Assembly: GCA_900088475.1 (NCBI GenBank)
Contig: FLMG01004750.1
Location: 1 to 36,635 of the forward strand
DNA from: Hyphochytrium catenoides
Lineage: Eukaryota > Protista > Hyphochytriomycota
Direction: 5' to 3'
Length of the DNA stretch: 36,635 bases
In this document: one piece after another, positions 11,985 through 24,282 of the stretch
Layout: each line of letters opens with the position of its first letter
Numbering within the stretch: the first letter of the stretch is position 1
Translations under genes and position numbers: made by a program
Notes under the pieces: model-generated
Databases searched by the model: none
Seen by the model: the letters and a program-made list of their open reading frames with translations, nothing else
What the model was told of the DNA's origin: nothing

Positions 11985-12747
11985 GGTACCCTGGCTACCG
12001 GAAAACCGGTGGGGTGAAGAATTAGCTCTTCGCCATTGCTACCAGGTGCGTGAGAAGCTTCGTGATACAGAGGCGGCTACTCTCGGAAAGCACTGGATTC
12101 AAAAGAGGACCGGCAGAAGATGGGTTTTCAATGCATCCCGAGAAGTTCAGAAGTCAGAAGCAAGTAAGCGATCTCCAAGATCTAGGAGGACTTGACTGAT
12201 AGGACCTTTATATAGAGTTGAAGCCTGGCTGGGGAAGCCTTAGAGAAGAGTACATAGCTTCGGTCACCGCGAAGAAACCACCTGATTCCATGACTCTCCC
12301 GTAGTGCCAAGGTTCAAAGGTATAGCGGCACTAGGTTGCTGCCATCAGTGCTGGCTGCCGTAGCTCTCTAATCTTCAATAGTCTCTTCCTCCTCCCGGAG
12401 TTTTTAGAGTTCAGAGTTCTTGCTGTGCAGTTTCCCTGAGATGAGTGAGGCTTGGTTTTTGAATACTTGATGGTGATAACCAATATTCAGTCCCCATATC
12501 ACAGTTCAAGCGATAACCAATGTGTCTGTAGCCGCTAACGCTCTGATTCTGAAGCTTTGGTGAGCAATTTGCAGATGTGATTTGTGATTTCGCTCTTTCC
12601 ATTATTGAGAGCTTTTTCAATCCAATGATAATCTTCAGAAGTTCTTGATGGGCCATAGGTCATAGCAAAGGATAGAGGCCTATTGCGANNNNNNNNNNNN
12701 NNNNNNGTTGATCGGGTTGACAGTTCGAAAGTTCTCACCACCAAAAC

Positions 12748-15700
12748 ATGTCATTTTCTTTCGGAGCTTCAGCCAATCCAAGTGCCTCACCTTCGGGTTT
12801 CTCCTTTGGCTCTTCGTCCACTCCGACGCAACCGTCAGGATTCAGCTTCGGCTCTAGCACGCCTGCGTCAGGGGCGGCAAGCACAGGTTTGGCCGAGCTT
12901 CTCTGCTCATGATAGTTGGCAATCGTGGAATTAGACCGAGAGTTTGAAGTGCGCAATCTTTTGAACTCTTCCCGCGCCCATACCCTTCATCATGGGCCCT
13001 CAGACCCTGCCCTTATCTCGCTTCATCGTCCTCCCAATCCCCCATCGCCATATCCTTTTTTCGTTGATAAAGCTCAATCCCTTGATAGTGGTGGCCGTCT
13101 CATATGCTTTCCTCCCTTGTGTTCTCAATGCTCCCACATCTGCTTCACAATAGGCTTTGGTTTTGGCTCTACAACGTCGACAGCTGCCTCCTCTCCCTTT
13201 TCCTTCGGTGGCACGTCAGGTACTGCAACCTCCACAGCCCCAACCTTAGGATTTGGCAGCACACCGGCAGCATCCTCAGGGTCTGGATTTAGCTTTGGCT
13301 CCTCTTCTGGTGCATCTGCTGCTCCAGCCTCGAGCTCTTTCTCTTTTGGGACGAGTGCCCCTGCATCCTCTGCCACAACTTCTCTGTTTGGCTCTACCCC
13401 AGCAGCCTCTTCCGGATCGTCTCTCTTTGGCGCTGCCGCTCCTTCTACTTCCTCTCCATTCTCTCTTAGCACTTCAACTTCTGCGGCACCGGCTTCTGGT
13501 TCGGGGTTCTCCTTCGGAGGTTCTAGCGCACCAGGTTAGTGATCCTAGGAGGTTAGGCTTCTTGCTAACGAAATCACATTGCTCTTAACGTGACCCTTCC
13601 CAGCATGTCTCTCACACACACCTGTCATAATTTCACTACTGGTTGCTCCCCATCTTTCTAGATGATAGAAACACCTAACCTTACTTAATGCATATTCTAG
13701 CCACAGGCACAAGCCTGTTTGGCGCTCAGCCAGCATCCTCTTCTTCCACCTCTCTCTTTGGTGGAGGAAGTGCGTCCACCAGCCTCTTCGGAGGATCATC
13801 CGCATCAACAGGAAGCCCTTTTTCTTTGGGAGGGGCCCAGAATGCTACGGGAGGAAGTAGCTTGTTTGGTTCTTCTACCAGTGGTTTAGCACCCTCAAGG
13901 TAAGGAAGAAAGTAGCATCGATGGCGAGGTGATAAGGGGACGAGCCTGGAAGGGGACAAGCCTAGAAAGGGAGGAAAGCACAGCAGACAAAGGTTCTTGC
14001 TTTGGGATATGTCGACTATCGGCGCGGGACCTCACCTCCATTAGAGCCGTTATCAGTCCTCCGGCTCGTCCATATCTGACTCCTACCCATTAGTCTAACT
14101 CGTACAACCTTGCTTCTGCGTCTTACTCTCGTCAAATCTCTAGCACCCAGACCAGCCTAGGTCCCGCTGTAACTTTAGACACCCCATTTGAGAACTTGTC
14201 AACGGACCTGAAGAAGCATATCGAGGAGTTCGGGTAACGTTTTTTTACTTTCTAGCACTTTCAGTCTTGACCTTAACCCTTACCGTTGAACGCTGTGGGC
14301 CTCGCCTAATTATGTACTGGTTCAGACCTGCGGATAGTGCCTTAGGTTATGTCTAGCGTCATCGTTCTTACAGCTTCCCACTGCTGTTGTTGCCGCCTTG
14401 GGCCTGCAGGAAGTACCTGAAGGAACAGGATGAACTCCTCTACAAAGTCTCAAAGATATCAGTTCAACCCTTAAAGGAGGTCCAAGAGGGAAACTCCTAT
14501 TTAAAGCAGGTATCTGGCAAGGGCTCTTTTACTCTACAATGCAATGCTGGTCGAAGTCTCGTTATCGCTTCTCCCTTTCTCCAGTTTGCTGGCAGGTGAT
14601 CCCTTTCGTCTGTGTCCTGTTCCTCTAACGCTTGGTTCCCTCTCATGGGATGCTTCGGCGTACTCAATAGGAGGTCGTCAGAGTAAGGAATGCTCAAGAA
14701 AGGCAGCGGAACAGTATCAAGAATCTTAGGGAAGCAGTAAGGACAGATGTTTCCTTTGCAGAGGTTGCGACGTACAAGTAAGCGGACTAGAGACACTCTC
14801 ACTTCCCTAAAATGACTATTCTTTCCTTTTCTTGGCCAACGCCCTTGGGGTGCGGAGCATTCTGCTGCTTTTTCTCGTCCTCTCTGCGAGTGAGGCCTCT
14901 CTAAAGCTGTTAAGCAGGTCTTTTCCTAGCAACTAGGTAAATTAGCCGCCGCACACCTTGACTGTCTTCATCTCGTTGCTGCGTAGTATGCACTCGCTTA
15001 AATCAGAGTCGAATGTTGTCCGAGAGATCTCTCTTCCTGCCCCTTATTGGTGGAAGAAGTGTCATGAGTTTGAGGAGGAACTGCTCCAGGCGCAGGAGCA
15101 GATAGATGTGATCTCCTCACAGCTAGCGAAACGGAGTGAAAAGGGAGACGGAGGTAAGCAAAGTTGCTGAAGAAAATCTTTCGCTAGGCAGTAAAGAGGG
15201 AGCGCAGGCAGTAGCACACTCTCCTTCTCGCGGCTCTATCGTCGGCTAGCTTGTGCTCTTTCCGTTTCCACGCCCTGGTCCTGTACTTTCACCGCACGGT
15301 CTGAATCTCTTCCCAACCAGCTCGACCGCACACTCCTGCACAGATTCGGCAAATACTGATTCAGCAGCACCAAGCCTTTACTAGAATTGCAGGCCTAATA
15401 GCTGAGGCGCACGAGAAGGTTGGCCATATGTTAGTCTCTCTTTGTTTGCTCTACATCTCTTGGATCTTTCTAGAGTGGCGTCAAGCCCTTTGACTGGTCC
15501 TTGTGATACCGCTGGCTCCTGTTCTGTACGTTAGCTCTCACGCTGTTCGGTCCAATTCTTATATTTGGTTGGACCATTCTCTTAGGTGGACGGTGTACGT
15601 GAGTTGTATTTGCGGGTGTTGCAGCACGACTATGAGGAACACGGCGGCACGGGGTCAGTGAGAAACCCCTTTGAAGCTGCAGATAGAGCACGGCAGGAGG

Positions 15701-17000
15701 AGGAACGACGAGGTGAGATGTATTAGCATTCGACCTTTTTTATATCTCCAGATACACCGGCTCCTGTCCGCAATCTCAGCGTAATCCTAAATCTCCCCTC
15801 CCTTAGCAACAATCCCGTTCTGGTCATTGCGCTGGGATGCCTTCGGTTGTGGCTCTCTCTCTTTGCGCTTCTACCTTTTCTGCCGTCAAACTCACTATCC
15901 GTGGCTTTGGTCTCTCCTATTTTTTGTCTGTCGCATTTGTAGTTGCCAACAAACTGCGCATTCCAGTGCAAGCTGCAGCGCAAGCTGCCGCCGCTGCTCC
16001 CCAACAAACTGGAACAGCTGCGGCCCCCGGAGGGGCTTTTTCCGCATTTGGGTAAGAGTACCGTTTCTTACTCCTCAGAGTCCTTCACTGCACCTTTAAG
16101 AGACCGCCCTGCCAGTATCAGCGCAATGAAAAGCTCTGTGCAAATTGTATTACGACTGATCCGCGCCCTGCCAAGGTGCTGCTGCTTTTGCTGCCAGCCA
16201 CCCTAGTCCTGCTGGGGTCTATCCCGCTACTGCTAGAAAGGCCCTCAGCCGTCTTACACATCCCTTCTATATTGTACTCTGCTTCAGATCAAGCAATACC
16301 GCTCAGGCTACAGGAGGCAGCACACCTTCTAGCTCTGCCCCCAGTCTGTTTGGCTCGTCTTTTGGTTCAAACCTTTCAACAAGCGCGTCTGCTCCGTCGT
16401 CATCTACTTCTCTTTTTGGCTCCTCGTCTACCGCGGCACCAGCATCCAGCCTCTTCGGCGGCACTTCCAGCTCTACCGGCGGTTCCCCCCTCAGCTTTGG
16501 CTCTACACCGGCTGCTAGCACTACATCCTCTCTCTTCTCTTCCCCTGCGGCTCCTTCGACACCCCAGCCTGCTTCCACTGGCTCTCTTTTTGGTGCGACG
16601 ACTCCCGCCTCTGGGTACGTAAGCTAGCTGTTTTGCGGTGACCTGAATTTACGGCTTTTTCGAGCTTGTGGTCTCATGTTTTGACTGGAAGCCTCTCAGC
16701 CTTTCCTGGCATGTCGATGCTGAATTACTCTTCTGTTAACATGCCTCTAGATGTTCGCTCCATTGTGTGGCAGCTCGAAACAATGTCAGACATCTCACTT
16801 TGCTTGGGCACGATTCCTGTCTTTGCTTCCCCCAATTGCTTAGGTCTCTTTTTGGAGGTACGTCTACTCCGACGTCCTCGGGCGCTGGCCTGTTCAACAC
16901 TGCCTCTGGCGGTATTTTCTCCGGTGCCAACACCTCCAATGCCAACAAGAGAGCAGGGTCTAGGAACACGAAGTCTAAGGCAGGCCGGACGAAGAGATAG
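12748..17000 (+). CDS. NUP58: FG-repeat nucleoporin Nup58 (NUPL1/Nup49 family), about 12 exons
   Basis: Starts MSFSFGAS with many FSFG/SLFG repeats. The central helical region has LDTPFENLSTDLKKHIEEF, LPAPYWWKKCHEFEEEL, TPAQIRQILIQQHQAFTRIAGLIAEAHEKVDGVRELYL and NPFEAADR. A second FG block and a basic tail end at TAG 17000. FG repeats on both sides of the coiled coil fit Nup58 rather than Nup62 or Nup54. Confidence 0.85.
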
Positions 17001-17884
17001 GACTGCCAAACACCAACAATTTAGAGGCACAATTGAGTCCAAAGTTGCCACTATTTGTTATCAAAAGAGCAAGAATCAGAGGTACACACGGACATGACTC
17101 TGACCGGCTTCTTTCCCAGCCATAGCTTCTTCGTATGGTCTCTTTGGAGCGACCCTTCTGACAACCTATTATTCGACATCCTCTTTGTCCTATAAGTGCA
17201 CGGGACTAGACAAGGGTCAGAGTAGCCGTGATGTTCTTGTGGGGCTTTAGATGTGCCTTCTCAACAACAAAAAATTCCTCGCCTACTGATTAATATAGAA
17301 GGTGCTATTGCCACCTGTTGATTGCCATTGCAGACCTGACTGGCTCCCTTCTAGAGCCTGTCCTTCCTCAGAGCTCCTAGTTCCTGTCCTTCTGAGTACT
17401 CTCAGAGACCGTGGTATCTCTCTCAACCCCGTGTTTACTTGCCTCTCTCTTGTCAGACAGCCACCCATTTCCCTCCTCTTTCCTTTCTTTCCTTGTCTTA
17501 CGATGTGCAGCCAACCCTTCCTTCCCAGAAAGAAAGAGTTGTCCCGCCTAACATCTCATAGCCTTGGTCTTGACGGAGATCCTCTCAGGATACTTCTCCT
17601 AGGCGTAGCTGTGACCAAAGATAAGCCGTCATGCTTTTATAAGCAGTAAATGAGATATTTGGAGGAGCTGCTCACCTCACCTGCTTATAAATACATTAGC
17701 TAGAATGAGTTAGAAGTAACCCTATGGCTTGCTAACTCATGAAGGATTAGGGCATTGTAGGCAATACGAATAAACTAGGATGGGCTGGGCAGGAATGGCC
17801 CAGGTTGTGACTTTTCAAGAACTTCAAGCAGCGCACCTTCCCAGAGGAAAGGGAGAGCCAGGAGCGATGAGAAGCAGCGGAGCG

Positions 17885-18030
17885 CTAGGGAGAGAGAGAG
17901 GGAGAGACAGAGAGGGAGAGAGACGGAGAAAGGAGAGAGAGAGAGAGAAGAGAAGGGAGAGAGAGAGAGAGAGAGAAAGGCGGTCAACAGGCAACATCCA
18001 AGAGAGAGAAGAACGAAGGTTAGAGGAGAA
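17885..18030. repeat. (GA)n-rich tract upstream of the coiled-coil gene
   Basis: Directly visible purine-only GA runs. Confidence 0.9.
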
Positions 18031-18132
18031 GAGCGACGGAGCAATCGAAGGACTAATTTGTCGCACTCTACAAAGGAAAGATGCGGTTGAGAGCAGAGAA
18101 GGCCTTTGTCCCTAGCTGAGTGGAGGCACTAA

Positions 18133-21100
18133 ATGGAGGAGGAGCAGGGGGAAGATTTGCTCCAGGCGGTGCGATGGAAGACGACGGAGGCAAGACAGAA
18201 TGAGCTGTCTCTCTCGTTTCAACTCTCAGGAGTTACTCTTCCCGACCAGCACGAGCGCTTGAAGGAGCGGTATCTTCAGCTAAAGAAGGAATCCAATCTC
18301 CAGGCCGATGAAGTCCATAGGTAATTCGAAGAAGCACTACAAAGCGAAACTTGATTTGGGGTGGAGGCGCACAGAGAGAGAGAGAGAAACAGAGAGAGAG
18401 AGAGAGCAGAGCAGAGCAACAAGAAGAGAGGCGGGGGAGGGGGGGAGAGGGAGAGATTCTACGGAGGTTGTCTATGTGACTGTTGGCTAGTACCATTCTC
18501 CCTCCCCCTCGCTCTCTCTCTCTCTCTCTCTCTCTTCATCTATCTATCTATCTCTCGCGCGCTCTCTCCTCGCTCTCTCTCTCTCATTTTCTCTCTGTCT
18601 TAACCGCTTCCCCCGGTGTCTTTCCTAAGGCTGCGAGCACAGATAAAGTCTTTAGAGGGAAGAAAAAGCAGTCAGCTTCAGAGCCACGGTGCGAATCGAG
18701 TTGTCACTCGCTCTTCTTTTTCTCTCTTCTCAGAATGCCTTGAAAGTGGTATCCTCCTCTCGTTTTCTGCGTGTGATCTTGCTTCTCGCTGTCTTCTCGT
18801 TGTTTTCTTACTTTCCTTGACTCTCTCTCTCTCTCTCTCNNNNNNNNNNNNNNNNNNNNNNNNNNNNNNNNNNNNNNNNNNNNNNNNNNNNNNNNNNNNN
18901 TCTCTCTCTCTCCCTCTCTCGCCATCCTTTCAACTCACGCTTCTATGTCCATGCTGCTCTTCATATATGTTAGGATCATCGGCCGCACTAGGCTTACCTC
19001 GTGAGTCTCAGCAGCTTGTTAAAGAGCTGCAAGAGACAAATCTTCATCTCTCCCGACGGTGTCGCGCGCTGGAACTAAAGCTCATCGGCCAGGAGGGAAG
19101 AGGCGAGAGAGACAAGCTTGTTTTAAAGAGGAAGAAAGGAAAAAGAAGTGCCACAGATGAAGAGAATAACCGCCAAGCATTAGAAGACAAGCGGGAGAGG
19201 AAACAAGATAGTAGCAGAGAGCACGTAGGTGAGCAACCTCTCTCTTCCATAGAAGAAAGGAACCAGCAGGTCCTGCGCTGCGACAGGGAGACGCAGACGG
19301 ACACACAGAGAGAGAATGAAAGGAACCTCACAGCTGATAATGCAAAGCTCGTGCCTTGGCCGATCATCGGCCATTCTCCCTCTCAGACCGCGGAGGGCCT
19401 ACAGGGCAAACTGACAGGGGAAGAAAGAGAAAAGGTCTCTTTCCTTCTGTCGGTTCTCAAGCAGCGCCTTCAGGGCTTGCAATCACATGTCGATAGACTT
19501 AAAGAAGAAAATGCCGAGCTACGTAGAGCAACCTTTGGACTAGATGTGTTGGCAGATGACGCAGAGAAAGAAGAGAGAGAGGATCGGAGAGAGAAAGAGG
19601 CAGGGACTTCGTTGGATGTAGGCATGAAGCTGGACTTCCTAACCCTTCATAGGATGGCAAGAGAGAAGAAGCTGGAGCTCGAGAAAGTGAAGGTAGAGGA
19701 GGCTCTTCCGTTCCCGTAGTTATGACTTTGTCTAGGCTCCTCTCTATCTCTTTTCTCTTTTCTTGGTCCTCTCTTTCTCAACTTCTCATACTTGTGGCCT
19801 TCTGTCAGGCTTCTCTCGAAAAGTTGTCCCTGGTCCAGGACACGGAGCTAGAGGATAAACGAAAGATTCGAGATGAACTGCATCTAGCACAGAGGAAGAA
19901 TGAGGAGCTACGGTGANNNNNNNNNNNNNNNNNNNNNNNNNNNNNNNNNNNNNNNNNNNNNNNNNNNNNNNNNNNNNNNNNNNNNNNNNNNNNNNCAGGT
20001 GGCAAAGCTTAAAAGGTATGAGGAAGAGGCGTTTGACTTAAAGCGGGTACGTGCCAAAGTCTCACACGAGAGAGAAAGATGCGGAGGGCAAAGGAATGAA
20101 CGCGGGTGTCGTTGAAGTGAGAGACTTCAAGCAGGAGTACTAGGAACTCTCACCCTGAGTGTCCTACTCTCTCCATATGGCGGTTCGATGGGGATGGGGA
20201 AAGACAGAGTTATCGAGAAGTAACGTCCAACGAGGAAGGAATATAGGCAACACAGAGAGGCAACTTAGGGGACGAGAGAGTGAGGGAGATCAACTTTATA
20301 GAGCAATCGAGAAGAGAAAGAGAGAGAAAGAAAGTAAGAAGAGATGTAGCACGAGAGGAGAAGAGACAGAGAAGAGCTCAAGAAAGCGAGAGAGAGCAAC
20401 AGGTTAAGGTCCGAATGCAGAAAAAAGGTAGTCATACTCTTTACTCTGTAGGAAGTCTTTTCACTGCGAGAGCAGTTAGAGACCCTTCAGTCATATTCTG
20501 GACCCAGCCTACCTCTTCCTTCTGAGGCTGAGCCAGGGCCATTACACTCCTTGATGAAGGAGCTTCTGGACTTAGGGGAGAAGCTGAAGACAAAAGAAGA
20601 AGAGCTGGCCCTCCAGGCGGTAAGGATTATGCTCTGGTGATGTCCAGGCAGCTTCCCTTCTTGCCCTCAATGGCGGCATCATGAGCTGCCCTCTTTGTCT
20701 CCCCCCATTTCCCTCAACGTGCCTCTCCGTCGTTCTTCTCATCTCATGCTACTTGTCTTGACTCTCGCTCTCAGTATCGGTCCGGCGAGGGAGCCTAACT
20801 CTACACTCGTATACGTCTCCAGTTCTGTACTCTCTTTAGGGGCGCCACGTTCTTCACGGTGTCGACTCAAGTCCTTTCTTGATTGATTTCTTTGCAAAGT
20901 CTTCTGCCCTGCAGCAAAATTGACTCACTTTTGGTTGTCCACTCAATTGAACGTCCCTGCCCTGATCCCGTAACCTTTTGCCTTTAGAGGGAGACAGAAA
21001 GAGCCAGACTTGATGCTTTGCAGCTTGAGGAAGAGAATGGCAAGCTCAAGGATATGAAGGAGGAGCTCTTCAAGAAGAGACAGGAGACCAAACTCTCACT

Positions 21101-22016
21101 TCTTAGGGTAACCAGAGAGAAAGAGATCCTGCTCTGTGAGCTCAAGCAGTTCAATGCCTACAGGCAAGTGACAAAGCTTTCAAAGAGAGATTGTCGGTGG
21201 ACTCGGTTATGGTCTGGGAAACGCGCAGGCGGGATCATCGGCAGGACCGCTCGATCGACGCAATATTGGAGGCTAATCATGTCTCTCCTACCTTTGCCTT
21301 GCCGGCAGTATTCTAAGCAGCATAGACCCCAGTCATGACTACAAGGCTGCATCGACGGCACCCACATCTAAAAGCTTGCCACGAGATCTGGACCTGAAGA
21401 GGTACGACTTGACTCTCTTTTGGCCATCTTTCGCCTTGCTTCTTGTCCCTTCTGTCGCAGTGGGAAGAGGGTCCACCTCGGCTCTACTCCCTTGCTCCGA
21501 ACGTCTACCGAGCTCTGTCTGTCTTGTCTTCCACTTGGCCCCTAAGTCATGCTGATCAACGCTTCTTCGCTCTGACTCAGTTTGTTCCACGGAAAACGTT
21601 CCATCCTCTGGGCTTCATCCTTCATTCCTCTGTCCTTGCTTATTCTGCAAATCTAATTATCGGCTCCCATTGCTTTCTGAGATTAGTCCTATCTTCGCAT
21701 CTAACTCTTGCTTTCCTTGACGTAGTCTTTCCCAGGCTGAGCTGATACAATACATTGAGCGTCTCAAGGCATCTTTCGCATCCCTCTGTGAGGACTACAC
21801 GGCAGCGGAGCTCAAGGTGAAGCGACAGCAGAAGATAATAAGGTATGTCACACCTTGTTTTGTCGCCATCTCTTCTCTCACTACCAAGCTTGTGACCTCT
21901 GTACCTCATGCTTAATATTGTCCCTACGAACTGCATGCTCTTTCAGTACGCTTGAAGAACAGCTACAGGCAGGAGAAGGGATGGCCCACCGCTCGGTTGC
22001 AAGGCGGAGAGACTAG
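18133..22016 (+). CDS. Long coiled-coil protein, weakly RPGRIP1/RPGRIP1L-like N-terminal region, about 10 exons
   Basis: Exons are phase-consistent except across the N gap: 18133-18320, 18630-18688, 18974-19692, 19809-19912, (gap) to 20046, 20452-20619, 20988-21163, 21309-21400, 21726-21842 and a last exon ending in TAG at 22014-22016. E/K/L/R-rich heptads throughout. The family assignment is tentative. Confidence 0.75.
18370..18600. repeat. (GA)n block followed by a complementary (CT)n block inside intron 1 of the coiled-coil gene
   Basis: Purine run at about 18371-18456 and pyrimidine run at about 18496-18600, inside the intron at 18321-18629. Confidence 0.85.
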
Positions 22017-22164
22017 GACCGAACCTTGCCAGGTCGACCAACGTATTAAACTCTTGAGATGCGGCAACCAGCTGGCTGAGGGATGATATAGTCAACAGCG
22101 AGGGCTAAGAGGCGACAGCGGCAATTTTTAAAAGCTTGGGACCGCATCCCAAGCGACCTTGGCA

Positions 22165-22230
22165 TTTATTTCCTTCGGATGGGCGGTTCAAGGTTAATAA
22201 ATAAATCTTATCTATGGCAATATAAATAAA
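22165..22230. promoter_or_regulatory. Probable bidirectional polyadenylation region between convergent genes
   Basis: AATAAA at 22196, 22200 and 22225 on +, and TTTATT at 22165-22170 (AATAAA on -). They lie in an AT-rich patch between the stops at 22016 (+) and 22400 (-). Confidence 0.5.
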
Positions 22231-22399
22231 CAAATGGCAGTATGGAGAAAGCCAAGTAATGTAGACAAACCGACGGTGAGACCACGCCGATAATGGAGTC
22301 GAAAGAGACAGACGACGATCTCTACTGCTCAGTGGTAAGTCGTTGAGGGTGAGAAGACGTCCGAGGTCTCCCTTTTCCGCGCCGGACTACGCTGCTTTT

Positions 22400-24282
22400 C
22401 TAGACAATTATACCTTCCCTCAGCGAGACAGACTTAGCCACGCCATCGAAAGGGATTGAGCAGGCACTTGAGCGCGAGAGGAAAGAGGAGCTTTTTTGGG
22501 ACAAGGGGCGTCTTTCCAATTGACGTGGCGAGGGAGTGGACGACGAAGCCATCTCTTCTTTGTCTTCTCCAGGACTCTCCGGCCCCAAAGAGTCTTCCCG
22601 GGCTCTTTTGCTCTTCCTTGTGGAAGGGCTGCAGGACGTTTCTGCCGGGCCCCGGTTGGTTTCGACAACTGGTCTTGTTCCGTCTTCAACCCTCTCTCTG
22701 GCTGCACTCGAATGCCTCTTTCTGTATAAGGTTTGGGCAAGCAACGCCGCTTTAAGAACACCTTCCATCAAGAGCTTTCCAGCTTCAGCTTCAGCGACCC
22801 CGAACTTGGTGCTGAGGATTTCGGAGCATAGCTCTCCTGCCCTACTGCTGCGCAATTCGGCCACGACAAATTTCACTATCTGCCAGGAGGGAAGTGAAAG
22901 AGCAGGGATTAATATAAAGGACGAAGAGGAGGCTATCCTCAGACCAGACGTGGGACTAAAAAAGACAAGGGCTTTTGCTAGCACTACGACGGGGAAACGA
23001 AGATTGAAAAGCATAACTGAAGACCCAAACCTCAGGGAGATAATCACTCAGGACCGAGCGACTAAGCTGCGCAAGACCGGTCCTTTGAACCCCTTACCTT
23101 CTTTCTCTCGTCTAGTAGTTCGCTTAGAAGTCGCTTTGCTCTGCCATAGCCGATCTTCTTCTCCTTTCTAACAGCCAAGACAATCTTGTCCTCGGTCACG
23201 TTGTTCTCAAGCTGGTCCTTGAAAAACAACAAGATCTACAGAAGCAATGCCTTCGTTAACTTTGTTCAATGGCCGTGTCATATTATCTGTGGCCTTTTCC
23301 TTATCCTCATGCCGGCCCGCGTCCCGTACCACAGCACTTCTTGTCTTACTCTCGATCCCTCATAAGCTTGTCACGGCCGTTCATCGACTTCTCCACTCCT
23401 TCGTGTTTCTTATTGCCTACTCCGTCTTCTACTTCTAAGAATTATGAAGCGTCCCTGACGCTTACCTCTTCATCTGTAACAGCCACGGTCCTCGCTCCAC
23501 CCTTAGAAGTTTTAGAGAAATGGTCTTGATAGTGCTGCTTGCAAAACCGCCGTTTGAAGACTTTTCGATGGCACTTTGACTTGCGACATGGCCTATGGGA
23601 GGCGCAGTAGCCATCAAAGCTTCGAATGGTCACCTCGCAACCCTCATCGCGGCACTTCTGCTCCAGGGCATGCTGTCAAGAGCCAACAGTGTGAAGCAGA
23701 ATGAGCATAATGTGGCAAGGACAGAGAAAAGTGGAGATAGAGAAAGAGAGCGAGGTACGAAAGAGAGAGCACGAGCGATATAGGTTACGGAAGCAAGTCA
23801 ACAGAGACCCAAAAGTCTCCTTATAACTATCCATGGGGTTCTGATCTCTTTCTCTTCAAAGAGAGCTCTCACGTGATCCTTACCGTTCCACACCGCCCTC
23901 CCTTGCGAGAGGCCCAGCTCTTGCACTGAGGTACGGTGCACCGCCTCCTCCTCTCCTTCTTCGTCTTATCTACCAGCTCATCGGCCTCTGAAAGCGGTTG
24001 AGATTCTGCGGCATCGCTCTCATCACTTTCCTGCGCCACATTTCCGTTCTCCCATTCAGATCCTGACTCACTTTCGTTCTGACCTGAATTGCTTGATTCT
24101 TCTGCCAAGACATCAATGCGAGCGAAGGCCTGTAGTTTGTTGGTCCTATGTTGGCCAGGTGCGAAGCTAGCTGGTCTTTTCCGCTTTCGAGAAATCTTTG
24201 TGATCCCATTAGGAGAGTCTCCGGCTCCTATCCACTGCCGAGACGGTGTTTGCCGTCGGCTGGCGGTGCGGGAAAGGCTCAT
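22400..24282 (-). CDS. Putative DNA-binding protein: three C-x4-C-x(8-10)-C-x2-H zinc fingers + two helical HTH-like repeats
   Basis: Exons 24282-23884, 23672-23466, 23235-23098 and 22879-22400 splice in phase 0. Fingers: CTVPQCKSWASRKGGRCGTH, CRDEGCEVTIRSFDGYCASH, CRKSKCHRKVFKRRFCKQH. NLS-like SRKRKRP. A further 3' exon after a GT at about 22413 is possible. Confidence 0.75.

Noticed and set aside
12411-12744. Two short minus-strand ORFs in the CCDC61/NUP58 spacer (one vaguely ankyrin-like, ALNNGKSEI) and a GATAACCAAT direct repeat
   Set aside because: Short, interrupted by stops, with no spliceable model or convincing motif. Treated as promoter/UTR sequence.
13150-16620. Recurring TCTCTCTTTGG/CTCTTCGG-type sequences resembling a spaced repeat array
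   Set aside because: They encode the SLFG/FSFG repeats of Nup58. This is not a CRISPR array or DNA repeat element.
17705-17740. Small hairpin ATGAGTTAG...CTAACTCAT (similar ones at about 7432-7466 and 10966-10992)
   Set aside because: Stems of 7-9 perfect bp are expected occasionally by chance in 36 kb, and there is no supporting context.
22536-23171. 211-aa plus-strand ORF antisense to the zinc-finger gene
   Set aside because: A shadow ORF with no motifs; the minus strand carries the phase-consistent spliced gene.
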